Shown: one piece after another, positions 1 to 9,966 of the stretch
Position numbering within the stretch: position 1 is the first letter of the stretch
Layout of the letters: each line of letters starts with the position of its first letter
Source: an uncultured bacterium
GTDB taxonomy: Bacteria > Methylomirabilota > Methylomirabilia > Methylomirabilales > CSP1-5
Reading direction: 5' to 3'
Assembly: GCA_964558395.1 (NCBI GenBank)
Contig: CAZLDS010000004.1
Coordinates: 20,897-84,896, forward strand
DNA length: 64,000 nucleotides
Position numbers and translations under genes: made by a program
Notes under the pieces: generated by a model
Seen by the model: only the letters and a program-made list of their open reading frames with translations
Told to the model about the DNA's origin: nothing
The model's database searches: none

Positions 1-1045
1 TCAAGGCCGGCTCGGTGAAGACCGTCCAGGGGACGACGTACTTGCGAAAGTCACGTTTCAGTGGCCACGGCAGCATGCAGTTGACCAAGGCGATCATGCC
101 CTGATGCATGGCCGCATGCGAGAATTGCGCGTAGCCGTTGCAGTCGCCGGCCGCCATGATATGTGGCTGTGAGGTCCTGAGGTGCGCATCGACCGTAATC
201 CCGCTGTCACTGTACTGGACACCGGCATTGTCGAGTCTGAGCGGACCAAGGTCCATGCGCCGCCCGAGGGCTGCCAACACCCGCTCGGCCTCGATGATGC
301 TGTCCTCGGTGTGGAGCACAACCCGGCCGTTCTTCTTCTCAAAGCCCTTCATCTTCGCGTGCGTCCGGACTGCGATCCCTTCTTCCTGTAGCTTTTGTTG
401 GAGCAGATGTACCGCCTCCTGATCCTCGCGCCACAGGACGCTTTTCCCGCGCATGACCATCGTCACCTGACAGCCGAGGCGGTTGAACGCCTGGGCCATC
501 TCGCAGGCGATGTTGCCCCCGCCGACGACGATCATCGACTCGGGCACCGCATGCAGGTCGAACATCGTTTCGTTGGTGAGCGGATCGACCTCTGCGAGCC
601 CATCGATTGGCGGTAATGCGGGCCGGGTCCCGGCACAGATGAAGATGCGGCGAGCCGTGATCCGCCGCCCCCCGACCTCGACGGTGTGTGGGTCAGCAAA
701 GCCCGCCTTGCCCTGGCGCAGGATGAGGTCGACCTTATCGAAGAGGGCCATCGTCTTGGTGTCGTTGATGAATTGGACGTGGTGGGCGACCCTGGGAAAT
801 GGGTCGACGACCGCCGGCTTCGGCGCGGCGGCGAGGCCAAGCTTTTCCAATTTCTCGAAGGCATGCCGTGCCTTGGCCATTTGCAGCAGCGACTTGCTGG
901 GGATGCATCCGACATTCATGCACTCGCCCCCCACCTTGTGGGCTTCGATCGCACAGACTTTCAGTCCCATCTGGGACCCCATGATGGATACGGCCATGCC
1001 CGCCGGTCCCAGGCCAATCGTGCATATGTCGTACTCGTATTTCAT
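1..1045 (-). CDS. FAD-dependent pyridine nucleotide-disulfide oxidoreductase (dihydrolipoamide dehydrogenase / mercuric reductase-like); C-terminus lies beyond the window edge
   Basis: Not in the ORF track because it is open to base 1. Reverse translation from ATG at 1045-1043 reads MKYEYDICTIGLGPAGMAVS (FAD GxGxxG), GGECMNVGCIPSK (redox-active CxxxxC), IVVGGGNIACEMAQAF (NAD fold). There is no stop down to base 2, and a GAGGGGTGG RBS-like run lies just upstream. Confidence 0.85.
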   Translation of the reverse strand, partial: MKYEYDICTIGLGPAGMAVSIMGSQMGLKVCAIEAHKVGGECMNVGCIPSKSLLQMAKARHAFEKLEKLGLAAAPKPAVVDPFPRVAHHVQFINDTKTMALFDKVDLILRQGKAGFADPHTVEVGGRRITARRIFICAGTRPALPPIDGLAEVDPLTNETMFDLHAVPESMIVVGGGNIACEMAQAFNRLGCQVTMVMRGKSVLWREDQEAVHLLQQKLQEEGIAVRTHAKMKGFEKKNGRVVLHTEDSIIEAERVLAALGRRMDLGPLRLDNAGVQYSDSGITVDAHLRTSQPHIMAAGDCNGYAQFSHAAMHQGMIALVNCMLPWPLKRDFRKYVVPWTVFTEPAL

Positions 1046-1146
1046 TTACCACCCCTCATTCATTGGACGAGCCCATGCCCGACGCTCCCTTCACTTTCCC
1101 TCACTCAAATCTTCGATCAATGCTGCACTGTTGCGTCGTCATAGAC

Positions 1147-1186
1147 ACAAATAGCACCGGCGACCTCATCCGGTTCCCCGGTGCTA
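1147..1186 (-). terminator. Candidate intrinsic terminator after the 1214-1600 membrane-protein gene
   Basis: 9-bp stem TAGCACCGG / CCGGTGCTA (1152-1160 pairs with 1178-1186). On the minus strand it is followed by a weak U-tract, TTTGTGTC. Confidence 0.35.
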
Positions 1187-1213
1187 TTATAACGAATCGC
1201 GGTACTTTGTCTT

Positions 1214-1600
1214 CTAAGCAAAGACCGTGGTCAGAACCCAGAGGGCGAGGACGGTCCAGATCACGATCGGGAGCCACGCGTTGCGCAGCAGCTCTGCCCG
1301 TGTGGCCGACTTCTCCTCTGCGATTTTCAGCATCGCCTCCGCGTACGGCAGCACCCCCAGCCCCATCAAAAAGGCGGTGAACAGCATCACCGCGAAGACG
1401 TCGACGATATTGAGACTCGCCAGCACAACGTAGCCGGTCACGAGCGCCAGTCCCGCATACACGGCACTCGCCAAGGGAGGATTGCCCAAGAGTGGCTTCG
1501 CGACCTTCTCCATCCACAACCGTGGATTCACCAGCACCACCACGATCTTGACCAAAACGAAGATCGCGAAGATCGTCGCGATCACTTCGAGCGCGGTCAT
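1214..1600 (-). CDS. Small integral membrane protein, 4 predicted TM segments, function unknown
   Basis: ORF 1214-1609. ATG at 1600 is preceded by GGAGGTG 6 nt upstream. The sequence is hydrophobic throughout (ALEVIATIFAIFVLVKIVVVLV ... WLPIVIWTVLALWVLTTVFA). Confidence 0.7.
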   Translation of the reverse strand: MTALEVIATIFAIFVLVKIVVVLVNPRLWMEKVAKPLLGNPPLASAVYAGLALVTGYVVLASLNIVDVFAVMLFTAFLMGLGVLPYAEAMLKIAEEKSATRAELLRNAWLPIVIWTVLALWVLTTVFA

Positions 1601-1620
1601 GTGTCTCACCTCCGTGATAG

Positions 1621-1683
1621 TCGAGAGTTGAGAGCGGAGAGTCGAGAGAGGCCCTTCGACGAGCTCAGGGCAGGCCCTTCGAC
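1621..1683. repeat. Short tandem and direct repeats in the leader/promoter of the 1214-1600 gene
   Basis: Four tandem heptamers, tcgagag ttgagag cggagag tcgagag (1621-1648). These are followed by the 12-mer aggcccttcgac twice (1649-1660 and 1672-1683), separated by 11 nt. Confidence 0.8.
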
Positions 1684-1904
1684 TCGGAAAAGGGCAAAGA
1701 TTCCCGGAAATGTCTCTATCAATAATATAGCACCAGGGGCCGTTGTGGCCCGCCAGGGGCCTTTAGGCCATACAACACGCGCCCTTAGGGAGCCCGCCTA
1801 TGTGACCTTTCACACGGTCTGGCCTGTTCGCCGGGCTCATGGTTGGGGCAATGAAAAGGGAGGTTGGAGAGACGGGCTTTGGGGGGGATCGCCGGGTTTT
1901 GTGT

Positions 1905-2051
1905 CTAGAGGATGTTCTCGCGCAAAGGGGGCTGGTGGGTACCCCGAAAGCTTTTCGCGACTCTCACGATCCAGCTGCCCAAGAGCACAGCGCTTAAAGT
2001 CCCGTAGACCGTGATGAAAGAGAAAACGAACAGCGTATACCAGACTTTCAT
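1905..2051 (-). CDS. Candidate 48-aa single-pass membrane peptide (below the ORF-track length cut-off)
   Basis: ATG at 2051-2049 is preceded by GGGGGGAG, 7 nt upstream. Translation is MKVWYTLFVFSFITVYGTLSAVLLGSWIVRVAKSFRGTHQPPLRENIL followed by TAG (1907-1905). It has one hydrophobic helix and then a basic tail. Confidence 0.35.
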   Translation of the reverse strand: MKVWYTLFVFSFITVYGTLSAVLLGSWIVRVAKSFRGTHQPPLRENIL

Positions 2052-2091
2052 TGTTCACTCCCCCCTGCGAGATATTCCCTTTCCCTCTACA

Positions 2092-2106
2092 GCAGGAGGT
2101 GTGCCA
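2092..2106 (-). promoter_or_regulatory. Sigma-54-like -24/-12 element upstream of the 48-aa ORF
   Basis: The minus strand reads TGGCACACCTCCTGC, compared with the consensus TGGCACG-N4-TTGC. The GG and GC are at the correct 10-nt spacing. It lies 41 nt upstream of the ATG at 2051, in non-coding DNA. Confidence 0.3.
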
Positions 2107-2385
2107 ACACGCGTCTTCAACGGCAGGTTCAATTGTGTAAGTCCTGTCTTTATAAGGAATTGCACCCAACGGCCCCCGTCCGCCATCTGAGGATCCGTCA
2201 CTCTGCATATCAATGAAATGGTGAATATTGTGCATGGTGGTTTTTCCTGGTGAGTGTAACACGGTGAAATAGTACAGCGATATTTGTCGACCCCAACCAT
2301 GCAGTCTCTGCCCAGGGGGGCACCTAAGAAGGTGCATCAATGTCATCCCTCCGGACCTCGGACGTCGGCCATCGGACTTCGGACC

Positions 2386-2414
2386 TTGACACCGTCGCCG
2401 GCCTCGGGGATACT
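2386..2414 (+). promoter_or_regulatory. Sigma-70-like promoter for the sulfite-oxidase-family gene
   Basis: TTGACA (2386-2391), a 17-nt spacer, then GATACT (2409-2414). It lies about 40 nt upstream of the ORF start. Confidence 0.4.
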
Positions 2415-2453
2415 CAATTCCCCCACAAGATAGCATTACCACGCGAGTGATTC

Positions 2454-3593
2454 GTGGAACGCAAAGCTGATACGCAACGCCGGATGACAGACTCCGTCTC
2501 TTTCTCGGGCCTGATCCTTCGCGAAAAGGACCCGGAGAATCTGGAATTTCCGTTCTCCACCCTCTCTACCTTCATCACACCGAACGAGCAGTTCTTCATC
2601 CGTTCCCACTTCGCTGTGCCGAAACTGAACCCTCGCAGCTGGCGGCTCACGGTCGAAGGGTTGGTCGATCGGCCTCTCGAAATCAGTTACAAGGACTTGC
2701 TGAACTTGCCGTCCCGTTCGATGATGATGACCCTCGAATGCGCGGGAAACAGCCGTATTTTCCTGACGCCCAAAGTCGGCGGCTTGCAGTGGGGGTTGGG
2801 CGCCGTGGGAAACGCGGAATGGACAGGTGTCCCCCTTGCGGTCGTGTTGGAGCGTGCCGGGGTACGCCCGGGCGCCGTCGAGGTGGTGCTGGAGGGCGCG
2901 GATGCGGGCGAGATCAAAAAGGACCCGCAATCGCCCGGGAAGATCCATTTTGCCCGCAGTCTGCCCCTGGAAAAAGCGTTGCGGTCAGACGTGGTCCTCG
3001 CCTACGAAATGAACGGCACGCAGCTCCCCGTCGCACATGGCTTCCCCCTGCGGGCCGTCGTGCCGGGCTGGTATGCCATGGCGTCGGTCAAATGGCTCAC
3101 CCGCATCGTCGTCACTGACCGCGTCTTCCAAGGCTACTTTCAGACGGCCGATTACACCTACTGGCACCAGCGCGAGGGGCTGCCGATCCAACTGCTGCCT
3201 GTGGCCGAGATAGAGGTCAAAGCCCAGATCGCGCGTCCCGCGTTGCACGAAGTGGTCCCAGCACATTCAGTCTATCGGATGCACGGCGCCGCGTGGGCCG
3301 GAGAATCGGAGGTGGCCAAGGTGGAGGTCAGCACGAATGCGGGGCGCACGTGGAAGGCCGCAGAGTTGCTCAGCGCCTCGTCCAGGTATGCGTGGTGCTT
3401 GTGGGAATACCGATGGCGCACCCCGCCACGCGTGGGACGATATATCGTGATGGCGCGGGCGACCGACGCCCGTGGGCGCGTGCAACCCACGCACCGTGAT
3501 CCCCATCGTGGAACGTACATGATCAGCCACGTTCAACCGATCGAGGTCGACGTCCAGCAGCCACCCAGACCGACCTCCGCGTACACCATCTAA
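2454..3593 (+). CDS. Sulfite oxidase family molybdopterin oxidoreductase (Mo-co binding plus dimerisation domains), no signal peptide
   Basis: 379-aa ORF. TLECAGNSR carries the Mo-ligand Cys motif of the sulfite oxidase / YedY superfamily. The C-terminal Ig-like Mo-co dimerisation region is present (GAAWAGESEVAKVEVSTNAGRTW). The start could be GTG 2454 or ATG 2484. Confidence 0.85.
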   Translation: MERKADTQRRMTDSVSFSGLILREKDPENLEFPFSTLSTFITPNEQFFIRSHFAVPKLNPRSWRLTVEGLVDRPLEISYKDLLNLPSRSMMMTLECAGNSRIFLTPKVGGLQWGLGAVGNAEWTGVPLAVVLERAGVRPGAVEVVLEGADAGEIKKDPQSPGKIHFARSLPLEKALRSDVVLAYEMNGTQLPVAHGFPLRAVVPGWYAMASVKWLTRIVVTDRVFQGYFQTADYTYWHQREGLPIQLLPVAEIEVKAQIARPALHEVVPAHSVYRMHGAAWAGESEVAKVEVSTNAGRTWKAAELLSASSRYAWCLWEYRWRTPPRVGRYIVMARATDARGRVQPTHRDPHRGTYMISHVQPIEVDVQQPPRPTSAYTI

Positions 3594-3628
3594 TATGGAG
3601 AGGGGGAACCCTCAAGGGACGAGCTCAC

Positions 3629-3665
3629 AAAAAAGCACCGGGGCGCTCTCTGGCCCCCCGGTGCT
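3629..3665 (-). terminator. Rho-independent terminator of the hsp20 pair
   Basis: 10-bp GC-rich stem AGCACCGGGG / CCCCGGTGCT (3634-3643 pairs with 3656-3665). On the minus strand it is followed by TTTTTTG. It lies 22 nt after the hsp20 stop. Confidence 0.75.
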
Positions 3666-3686
3666 TGATCCTTTACGCCGGAAATC

Positions 3687-4082
3687 TTAGCTCACGGTCA
3701 CGTCGATCTTGCGCGGCTTTGCCTTCTCCCTCTTGGGCAGGTGTAGGGTGAGGACCCCGTGCTTCAGCTCCGCCCGGATCCCATCCACGTTCACCTCGTC
3801 GGATAGCTCAAACTGCCGGAAGAAATTCAAGAGCTCATATTCCCGCGCGATGGGGGTGCCGGGTGCCGCATGGCTTGTCCGTCCCTTCAGCGTCAAGATA
3901 TCGTCCTCGACCCGGATGTCCAGACCAGCCTGGTCCACGCCGGGCATATCCGCGACGACCGTCAATCCCGTGGCGTTCTCGCAGATATCCACGGGTGGGG
4001 TGATATACCGCTCTTGCGCGCGCGTCACTTCGCGCTGAGGTGCCCCCTCCTGCCGGACCTCGGGAACCGTCTTCTCCGCCAT
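3687..4082 (-). CDS. Hsp20 / alpha-crystallin family small heat-shock protein
   Basis: Alpha-crystallin domain (VVADMPGV ... DIRVEDDILTLKG ... ELKHGVLTLHLPK). ATG 4082 is preceded by AAGGAGGTG. Confidence 0.9.
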   Translation of the reverse strand: MAEKTVPEVRQEGAPQREVTRAQERYITPPVDICENATGLTVVADMPGVDQAGLDIRVEDDILTLKGRTSHAAPGTPIAREYELLNFFRQFELSDEVNVDGIRAELKHGVLTLHLPKREKAKPRKIDVTVS

Positions 4083-4097
4083 CGTCCTCACCTCCTT

Positions 4098-4547
4098 CTA
4101 TCCCACATTCACCTGAATCTGTCGCGGCTTCGCCTCCTCGCTTTTCGGGAGGGTAATCAGCAGCAGGCCGTTGGAGTAATCCGCCTTCACCTTCGCCGGA
4201 TCCACGTGGACGGGTAGATCGATGGTGCGGTTGAACTGTCCCGCCGCCCGCTCATTCCGATGGTACGCCTCGGCGGTCACATGCTCGAGCCCCATTTTTT
4301 CCCCCTTGATGGTGAGACGCCCCTGGACGACGGACAGGTCCAGGCTCTTCGGGTCAATGCCAGGGGCGAGCGCCTCGACGTACAGGTTGTTCACGTCCTC
4401 GATCAGGTTCACTAGGGGGTACCGACGGGCCGCCGTTCCGGGTAAAAACGCTGTCCGCCAGACCCGTGGCCACCGCCCACCCTCGAGGTCTTGAAATGTT
4501 CGATCCATCTGTTTCCGTAAGGCCTCCAGTTCCTCCCAAACGGTCAT
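4098..4547 (-). CDS. Hsp20 / alpha-crystallin family small heat-shock protein (paralog)
   Basis: YVEALAPGIDPKSLDLSVVQGRLTIKGEK ... DYSNGLLLITLPK. ATG 4547 is preceded by AAAGGAGGG. Confidence 0.9.
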   Translation of the reverse strand: MTVWEELEALRKQMDRTFQDLEGGRWPRVWRTAFLPGTAARRYPLVNLIEDVNNLYVEALAPGIDPKSLDLSVVQGRLTIKGEKMGLEHVTAEAYHRNERAAGQFNRTIDLPVHVDPAKVKADYSNGLLLITLPKSEEAKPRQIQVNVG

Positions 4548-4590
4548 GGCGCATCCCTCCTTTCTTTGCTCCTCGTGGGTTCCGCCCAGG

Positions 4591-4618
4591 AATATATTCA
4601 CCAGACCAAATTTGTCAA
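4591..4618 (-). promoter_or_regulatory. Sigma-70-like promoter of the hsp20 operon, inside an AT-rich island
   Basis: The minus strand reads TTGACA, a 16-nt spacer, then TATATT, about 37 nt upstream of ATG 4547. The surrounding 100 bp (4600-4700) is strikingly AT-rich for this genome and contains the palindrome TCTGTACAGA. Confidence 0.45.
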
Positions 4619-4827
4619 TATATCAGAAGAAAATTTTATCTGTACAGACTAATATTATAAATTATACGTTTATTTTCAATTAGTTACGTGGTATATTTGC
4701 TCGCTATTACGGTGTGAGGGATCGCTGGAGGGATCCGGGCGCTCCAGGCGCGCAAACCCGGTGGTAAACGTGGGCCACGTGCGGATGACCTCGTAGACCG
4801 CCAGACTGCTTTGGTGGGGGCACCACC

Positions 4828-5259
4828 CTACCCTTCCCCTTCCGACCTTTGGCCTCCCGCCCGTCGCCTTGCCGTCTCTCTGAAGCGCCCGACGACCTCT
4901 CCCATAGGCGTATCGGGCCCCATGATCTCCGCGACGCCCAACGCTTTCAGGGCGTGAATCTCTTCGGGGTCGATGATCGTCCCGCCCCCGAGGACCGGGA
5001 TCTCGTCGGCCCCCTCCTGTTTCAGGAGTTCCAGGATCCGGGGAAAGACTGTCATGTGGGCGCCCGAGAGGAGGCTGATCCCGATGACGTCGACATCCTC
5101 CTCGATGGCGGCCCGGACCACCTGCCCAGGGGATTGATGGAGCCCGGTGTAGACCACCTCCATCCCCGCGTCCCTGAGGGCCCGCGCGATCACTTTGACC
5201 CCCCGGTCGTGACCATCCAGGCCGCATTTCGCCATCAATACCCTGATCGGTTTTCCCAT
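4828..5259 (-). CDS. B12-binding small subunit of an acyl-CoA mutase (HcmB/MCM C-terminal-domain-like)
   Basis: MGKPIRVLMAKCGLDGHDRGVKVIARAL contains the DxHxxG cobalamin-binding motif. It lies immediately downstream of the mutase large subunit. Confidence 0.9.
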   Translation of the reverse strand: MGKPIRVLMAKCGLDGHDRGVKVIARALRDAGMEVVYTGLHQSPGQVVRAAIEEDVDVIGISLLSGAHMTVFPRILELLKQEGADEIPVLGGGTIIDPEEIHALKALGVAEIMGPDTPMGEVVGRFRETARRRAGGQRSEGEG

Positions 5260-5288
5260 AGAGGCGCCGTTGCGTCGAGGCGTATGCC

Positions 5289-6971
<1,683 letters not shown>

Positions 6972-7021
6972 CGCTCACCTCGCTAGGTCCACAGGTAGGA
7001 GTAAAGCATACTGATCATCGC

Positions 7022-8452
7022 TCAATGCGTCTTTTTGAATTCCTGGAAAAGCTCACGATTATCTATGATCCGCCGCGCCTTGAACTCCGTCCGCGGCAAC
7101 TCTCCCGGTGCCGTCACTTGGACCACCGCCCTGACCCCGACGAGCGCCCTCAGCCGCTCCTCTATCTGCCGCTGGAGCTTTGGGAGGCACTCCGGGTCTT
7201 GCCGGGCGTTCCCTGCAACTCCCTCGTTGTATTCCGCCTGGACCACCAGCTCATCCATAACCTCTTGCCGAGAGACGATCATGCGGAACTCCTCGCCGAA
7301 GCCTTGGATGCTGCGCAGGACCTCCTCAACGGCAGCAGGATACACATTATGACCTCGGATGATCACCATATCATCGACGCGGCCATAGATCCCCTTGGGC
7401 AGCCGCGGATAGGTCCGACCACATTCGCATGGCTCATCGGTCCAGGTCGCGAGGTCACCTGACCAATACCGGATCATGGGTTGAGAGGTACGTTCCAGGT
7501 GGGTATAGACCGGAACCCCCTCTCCACCGAACGGGACGGGTTCCTTTGTCTCGGGATGGAGGAGCTCGCAGTAGACGATGTCCTGCCACAGATGCATCCC
7601 CTGGCGAAACTTGCATTCGCTGTTGGACATCCAGGGGGTCATCTCGCCCATGGAACCGCAGTCCAGGCACTTCGCCCCCCCATAGGCCGCCTCGATCCGG
7701 CGCCTGGTGGAGGGGATGCCTGCGCCGGGCTCCCCCGAGAAGAACATGGTCCTGAAGGCAAAGTCTCTTGCCGGATCGATCCCCTCTTGTCTTGCCACCT
7801 CGGCCAGGTACAGGGCGTAGGAAGGGGTTCCGTAGAAGGTGGTCGCTTTAAAATCCCGCATGAACCGGACCGCCATGACCGTCTGACCGGCGACCCCGGC
7901 CCCGAAAGGGAACGAGGTGAGGCCGAGCCGCTCGGCACCGACCAGAGCTCCCCAACTCCCGATATAGAGGCTAAAGAAGGATCCGATGAAGAGGCGATCC
8001 CCGGGCCGGAGCCCCATCCCCCACATCACCCGTGCGTGGGCATTGCCGATCCGTCGCCAGTCATCCCGTCCGATCCCATAGGCGGTGGCCTTGCCAGTCG
8101 TTCCGGAAGTCCCGTGGATCCGGAAGACCTCTTGGGAGGGAATGCAGAGATAGCTGCCGAAGGGGGGATTGACTGTCTGATCTTCTCGGATCTCTTGCTT
8201 GGTCAGGATGGGGACTCGGAGAAAGTCATCAAGGGACGTAATGTCTCCTGGCTCGAGTCCTGCCGCTTTCCACTTCCGCCTGTAGAGGGGGCCCTGGTCG
8301 TATGCATATTTCATCTGGGCCCGAACTCGCTTCAGGATGAAGCTCTGTCGCTTCTCCGAGTCCATGGTCTCCCGATCCCGGAACCAGTATTGCTCTCGAG
8401 GATCCGGCAGATAGCCGTCATCATAGTCCGGGGGCCACCCTTCCGCTTCCAT
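7022..8452 (-). CDS. Phenylacetate-CoA ligase (PaaK)-like AMP-forming acyl-CoA ligase
   Basis: 476 aa with the P-loop-like GTSGTTGKATAY motif and a PaaK-type N-terminus (ETMDSEKRQSFILKRVRAQMKYAYDQGPLYRRKWKAAG). Confidence 0.85.
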   Translation of the reverse strand: MEAEGWPPDYDDGYLPDPREQYWFRDRETMDSEKRQSFILKRVRAQMKYAYDQGPLYRRKWKAAGLEPGDITSLDDFLRVPILTKQEIREDQTVNPPFGSYLCIPSQEVFRIHGTSGTTGKATAYGIGRDDWRRIGNAHARVMWGMGLRPGDRLFIGSFFSLYIGSWGALVGAERLGLTSFPFGAGVAGQTVMAVRFMRDFKATTFYGTPSYALYLAEVARQEGIDPARDFAFRTMFFSGEPGAGIPSTRRRIEAAYGGAKCLDCGSMGEMTPWMSNSECKFRQGMHLWQDIVYCELLHPETKEPVPFGGEGVPVYTHLERTSQPMIRYWSGDLATWTDEPCECGRTYPRLPKGIYGRVDDMVIIRGHNVYPAAVEEVLRSIQGFGEEFRMIVSRQEVMDELVVQAEYNEGVAGNARQDPECLPKLQRQIEERLRALVGVRAVVQVTAPGELPRTEFKARRIIDNRELFQEFKKTH

Positions 8453-8535
8453 CCGGTCACCTCACTCCGCGTCCTCGCCCTCGGACACTGCAAAGGGATT
8501 GATCAGAACCACGGTGGCCATGGCCGCAATCCTTT

Positions 8536-8931
8536 TTACTTGCACGGGCCTTTCGTATCGCCATGCGCCAGGTGTTCATCGACGGCCGCCGCGCCCACGA
8601 TTATCGAACGGGCATCTTCCGACTTGTCGGCCAATTTATGACACAGCGTCACCTTTTCCTCACCTGTCTTCTCTGAAGTCCTTTCCTTATGCTCCTTTTT
8701 TTCCTCTCGCTTTCCCGCCTGCTCTTGCTTCGAGTCGTTCCCGGTACTCTTCTTGTCCTTCTTGCCCTGCTCTTTCTCTTTCTTCTTCTCACCCTTGTGC
8801 TGCGTCACTTTTTTGTCCGCGTTCTTTTCCTGCTTGACGACTTTAAGCACCTGCTGCCCCGCCCACGCTGCCATGGAAGTGGGCATCACCATGGCCACCC
8901 CGACCACGACTGCAAGTATCAAAACCCTCAT
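8536..8931 (-). CDS. Secreted Lys/Glu-rich low-complexity protein with a Cys/His-containing C-terminal module
   Basis: Signal peptide MRVLILAVVVGVAMVMPTSMAAWA. This is followed by about 70 aa of K/E-rich sequence and then VTLCHKLADKSEDARSIIVGAAAVDEHLAHGDTKGPCK. Confidence 0.6.
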   Translation of the reverse strand: MRVLILAVVVGVAMVMPTSMAAWAGQQVLKVVKQEKNADKKVTQHKGEKKKEKEQGKKDKKSTGNDSKQEQAGKREEKKEHKERTSEKTGEEKVTLCHKLADKSEDARSIIVGAAAVDEHLAHGDTKGPCK

Positions 8932-9109
8932 TCGAGACACATTCGCCCTCCGTCTGTTTTCTCCGCTGCTGTGCGCGGCGCTCCGGGTTCGCTTCGGAAA
9001 CACGGCGGTTGTCCCCTCCCGTCGTCCGGGGGGTGGACACCATTATCCCACACACAGCCATCCGGGCAATGCAGGATTGCAAGGAAACGAACGGGGTCAC
9101 ACGGAAGGA

Positions 9110-9844
9110 TTAAGCATCGGCCTCAGGGGGTTCGCGCACGAGGGCATAGAGGTGTAAGGGAAACGCCTTCTGCTGTCTCTGGGCAAACCGCATGCCGTGG
9201 CGGTAGCCCACGGCGGTGAGGATGTCCCCGGCCCACTGCACAATGCCCTCCAAGAACAACCGGCCTTGGATATCGAGGTTCAGGGTGATCCTTTCTCCGA
9301 GGGTAAGCCGGTCGGGGAAGTAGGCTCCCAGGCCCCCCGCGCTGAGGTCGTAAAGCCACCCGGTCGTCTCCAATAACCCCTTTGTGCGGACACGAACAGG
9401 GGCGTTCATCTCGACCCGGGGATCCCGCCGCCCACAGGGTGCCTCTGCCGGAGGCGGGATGCGCCGGGGTTCTCCGAGCACCCCGCGCACGGCCCCCAAA
9501 AGGTCCTCCGGAGCGACGGGCTTGTCGAGCAGGTGTGCCACCCCCAGGCGATGCAACGTCTCACGAAAATCGGTCTCCACGCGCTCGCGAGTCACCACCA
9601 CCACGGGTATGGTCCACAGCTCCGGGCTCCCGAGCCGGTATTCGAGGAAATTCCGGCCGTTCAGGACGGGCACCTGCAGCTCAAGCAGGATGATATTTGC
9701 CCTTTCGCGCTCAAACCAAATGAGCGCCTCGGCGCCATTGATGGCTTCCACCACCCGAAATCCTTCAGGGTCAAGGAGATCGCGGCAAAACCCTCGGAAC
9801 ACAGGGTCGTCGTCGATGACCAGGGCAGACTGTCGGATGGGCAT
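9110..9844 (-). CDS. Receiver (REC) domain - PilZ domain protein; the phospho-acceptor Asp is replaced by Glu
   Basis: REC domain: VIDDDP ... IILLELQVPVLNG ... VVVVT ... LLDKP. PilZ-like C-terminus: RRDPRVEMNAPVRV ... YDLSAGGLGAYF. Confidence 0.8.
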   Translation of the reverse strand: MPIRQSALVIDDDPVFRGFCRDLLDPEGFRVVEAINGAEALIWFERERANIILLELQVPVLNGRNFLEYRLGSPELWTIPVVVVTRERVETDFRETLHRLGVAHLLDKPVAPEDLLGAVRGVLGEPRRIPPPAEAPCGRRDPRVEMNAPVRVRTKGLLETTGWLYDLSAGGLGAYFPDRLTLGERITLNLDIQGRLFLEGIVQWAGDILTAVGYRHGMRFAQRQQKAFPLHLYALVREPPEADA

Positions 9845-9966
9845 GGGCCGATGCGCTCCGAGCAATCAGTACGTATCGTTTTTCAAATGTCAGATGAGCA
9901 GGCGAGGCGCCCTTGGTTGAGCTGCGTAGCTAAAAAAGTGTGTACACCGTCAAGAACATCGGGCAT

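Noticed and set aside
2071-2088. GGGAATAT on the minus strand near the 48-aa ORF, resembling the -35 part of the ECF-type elements at 24.6-24.8 kb.
   Set aside because: There is no TGTT/GTT at the N16/N18 spacing, and it overlaps the RBS of the small ORF.
2107-2453. Possible Moco riboswitch upstream of the molybdoenzyme gene.
   Set aside because: I could not find the conserved Moco-motif junction sequences or a closing P1 helix (no GGAGG partner for the CCTCC stretch). Only an Infernal scan could settle it.
1152-3665. The two terminators at 1152-1186 and 3634-3665 share the stem sequence AGCACCGG...CCGGTGCT, which could suggest a REP-like repeat family.
   Set aside because: There are only two copies, the loops and flanks differ, and no further copies occur in the other intergenic regions of the window.
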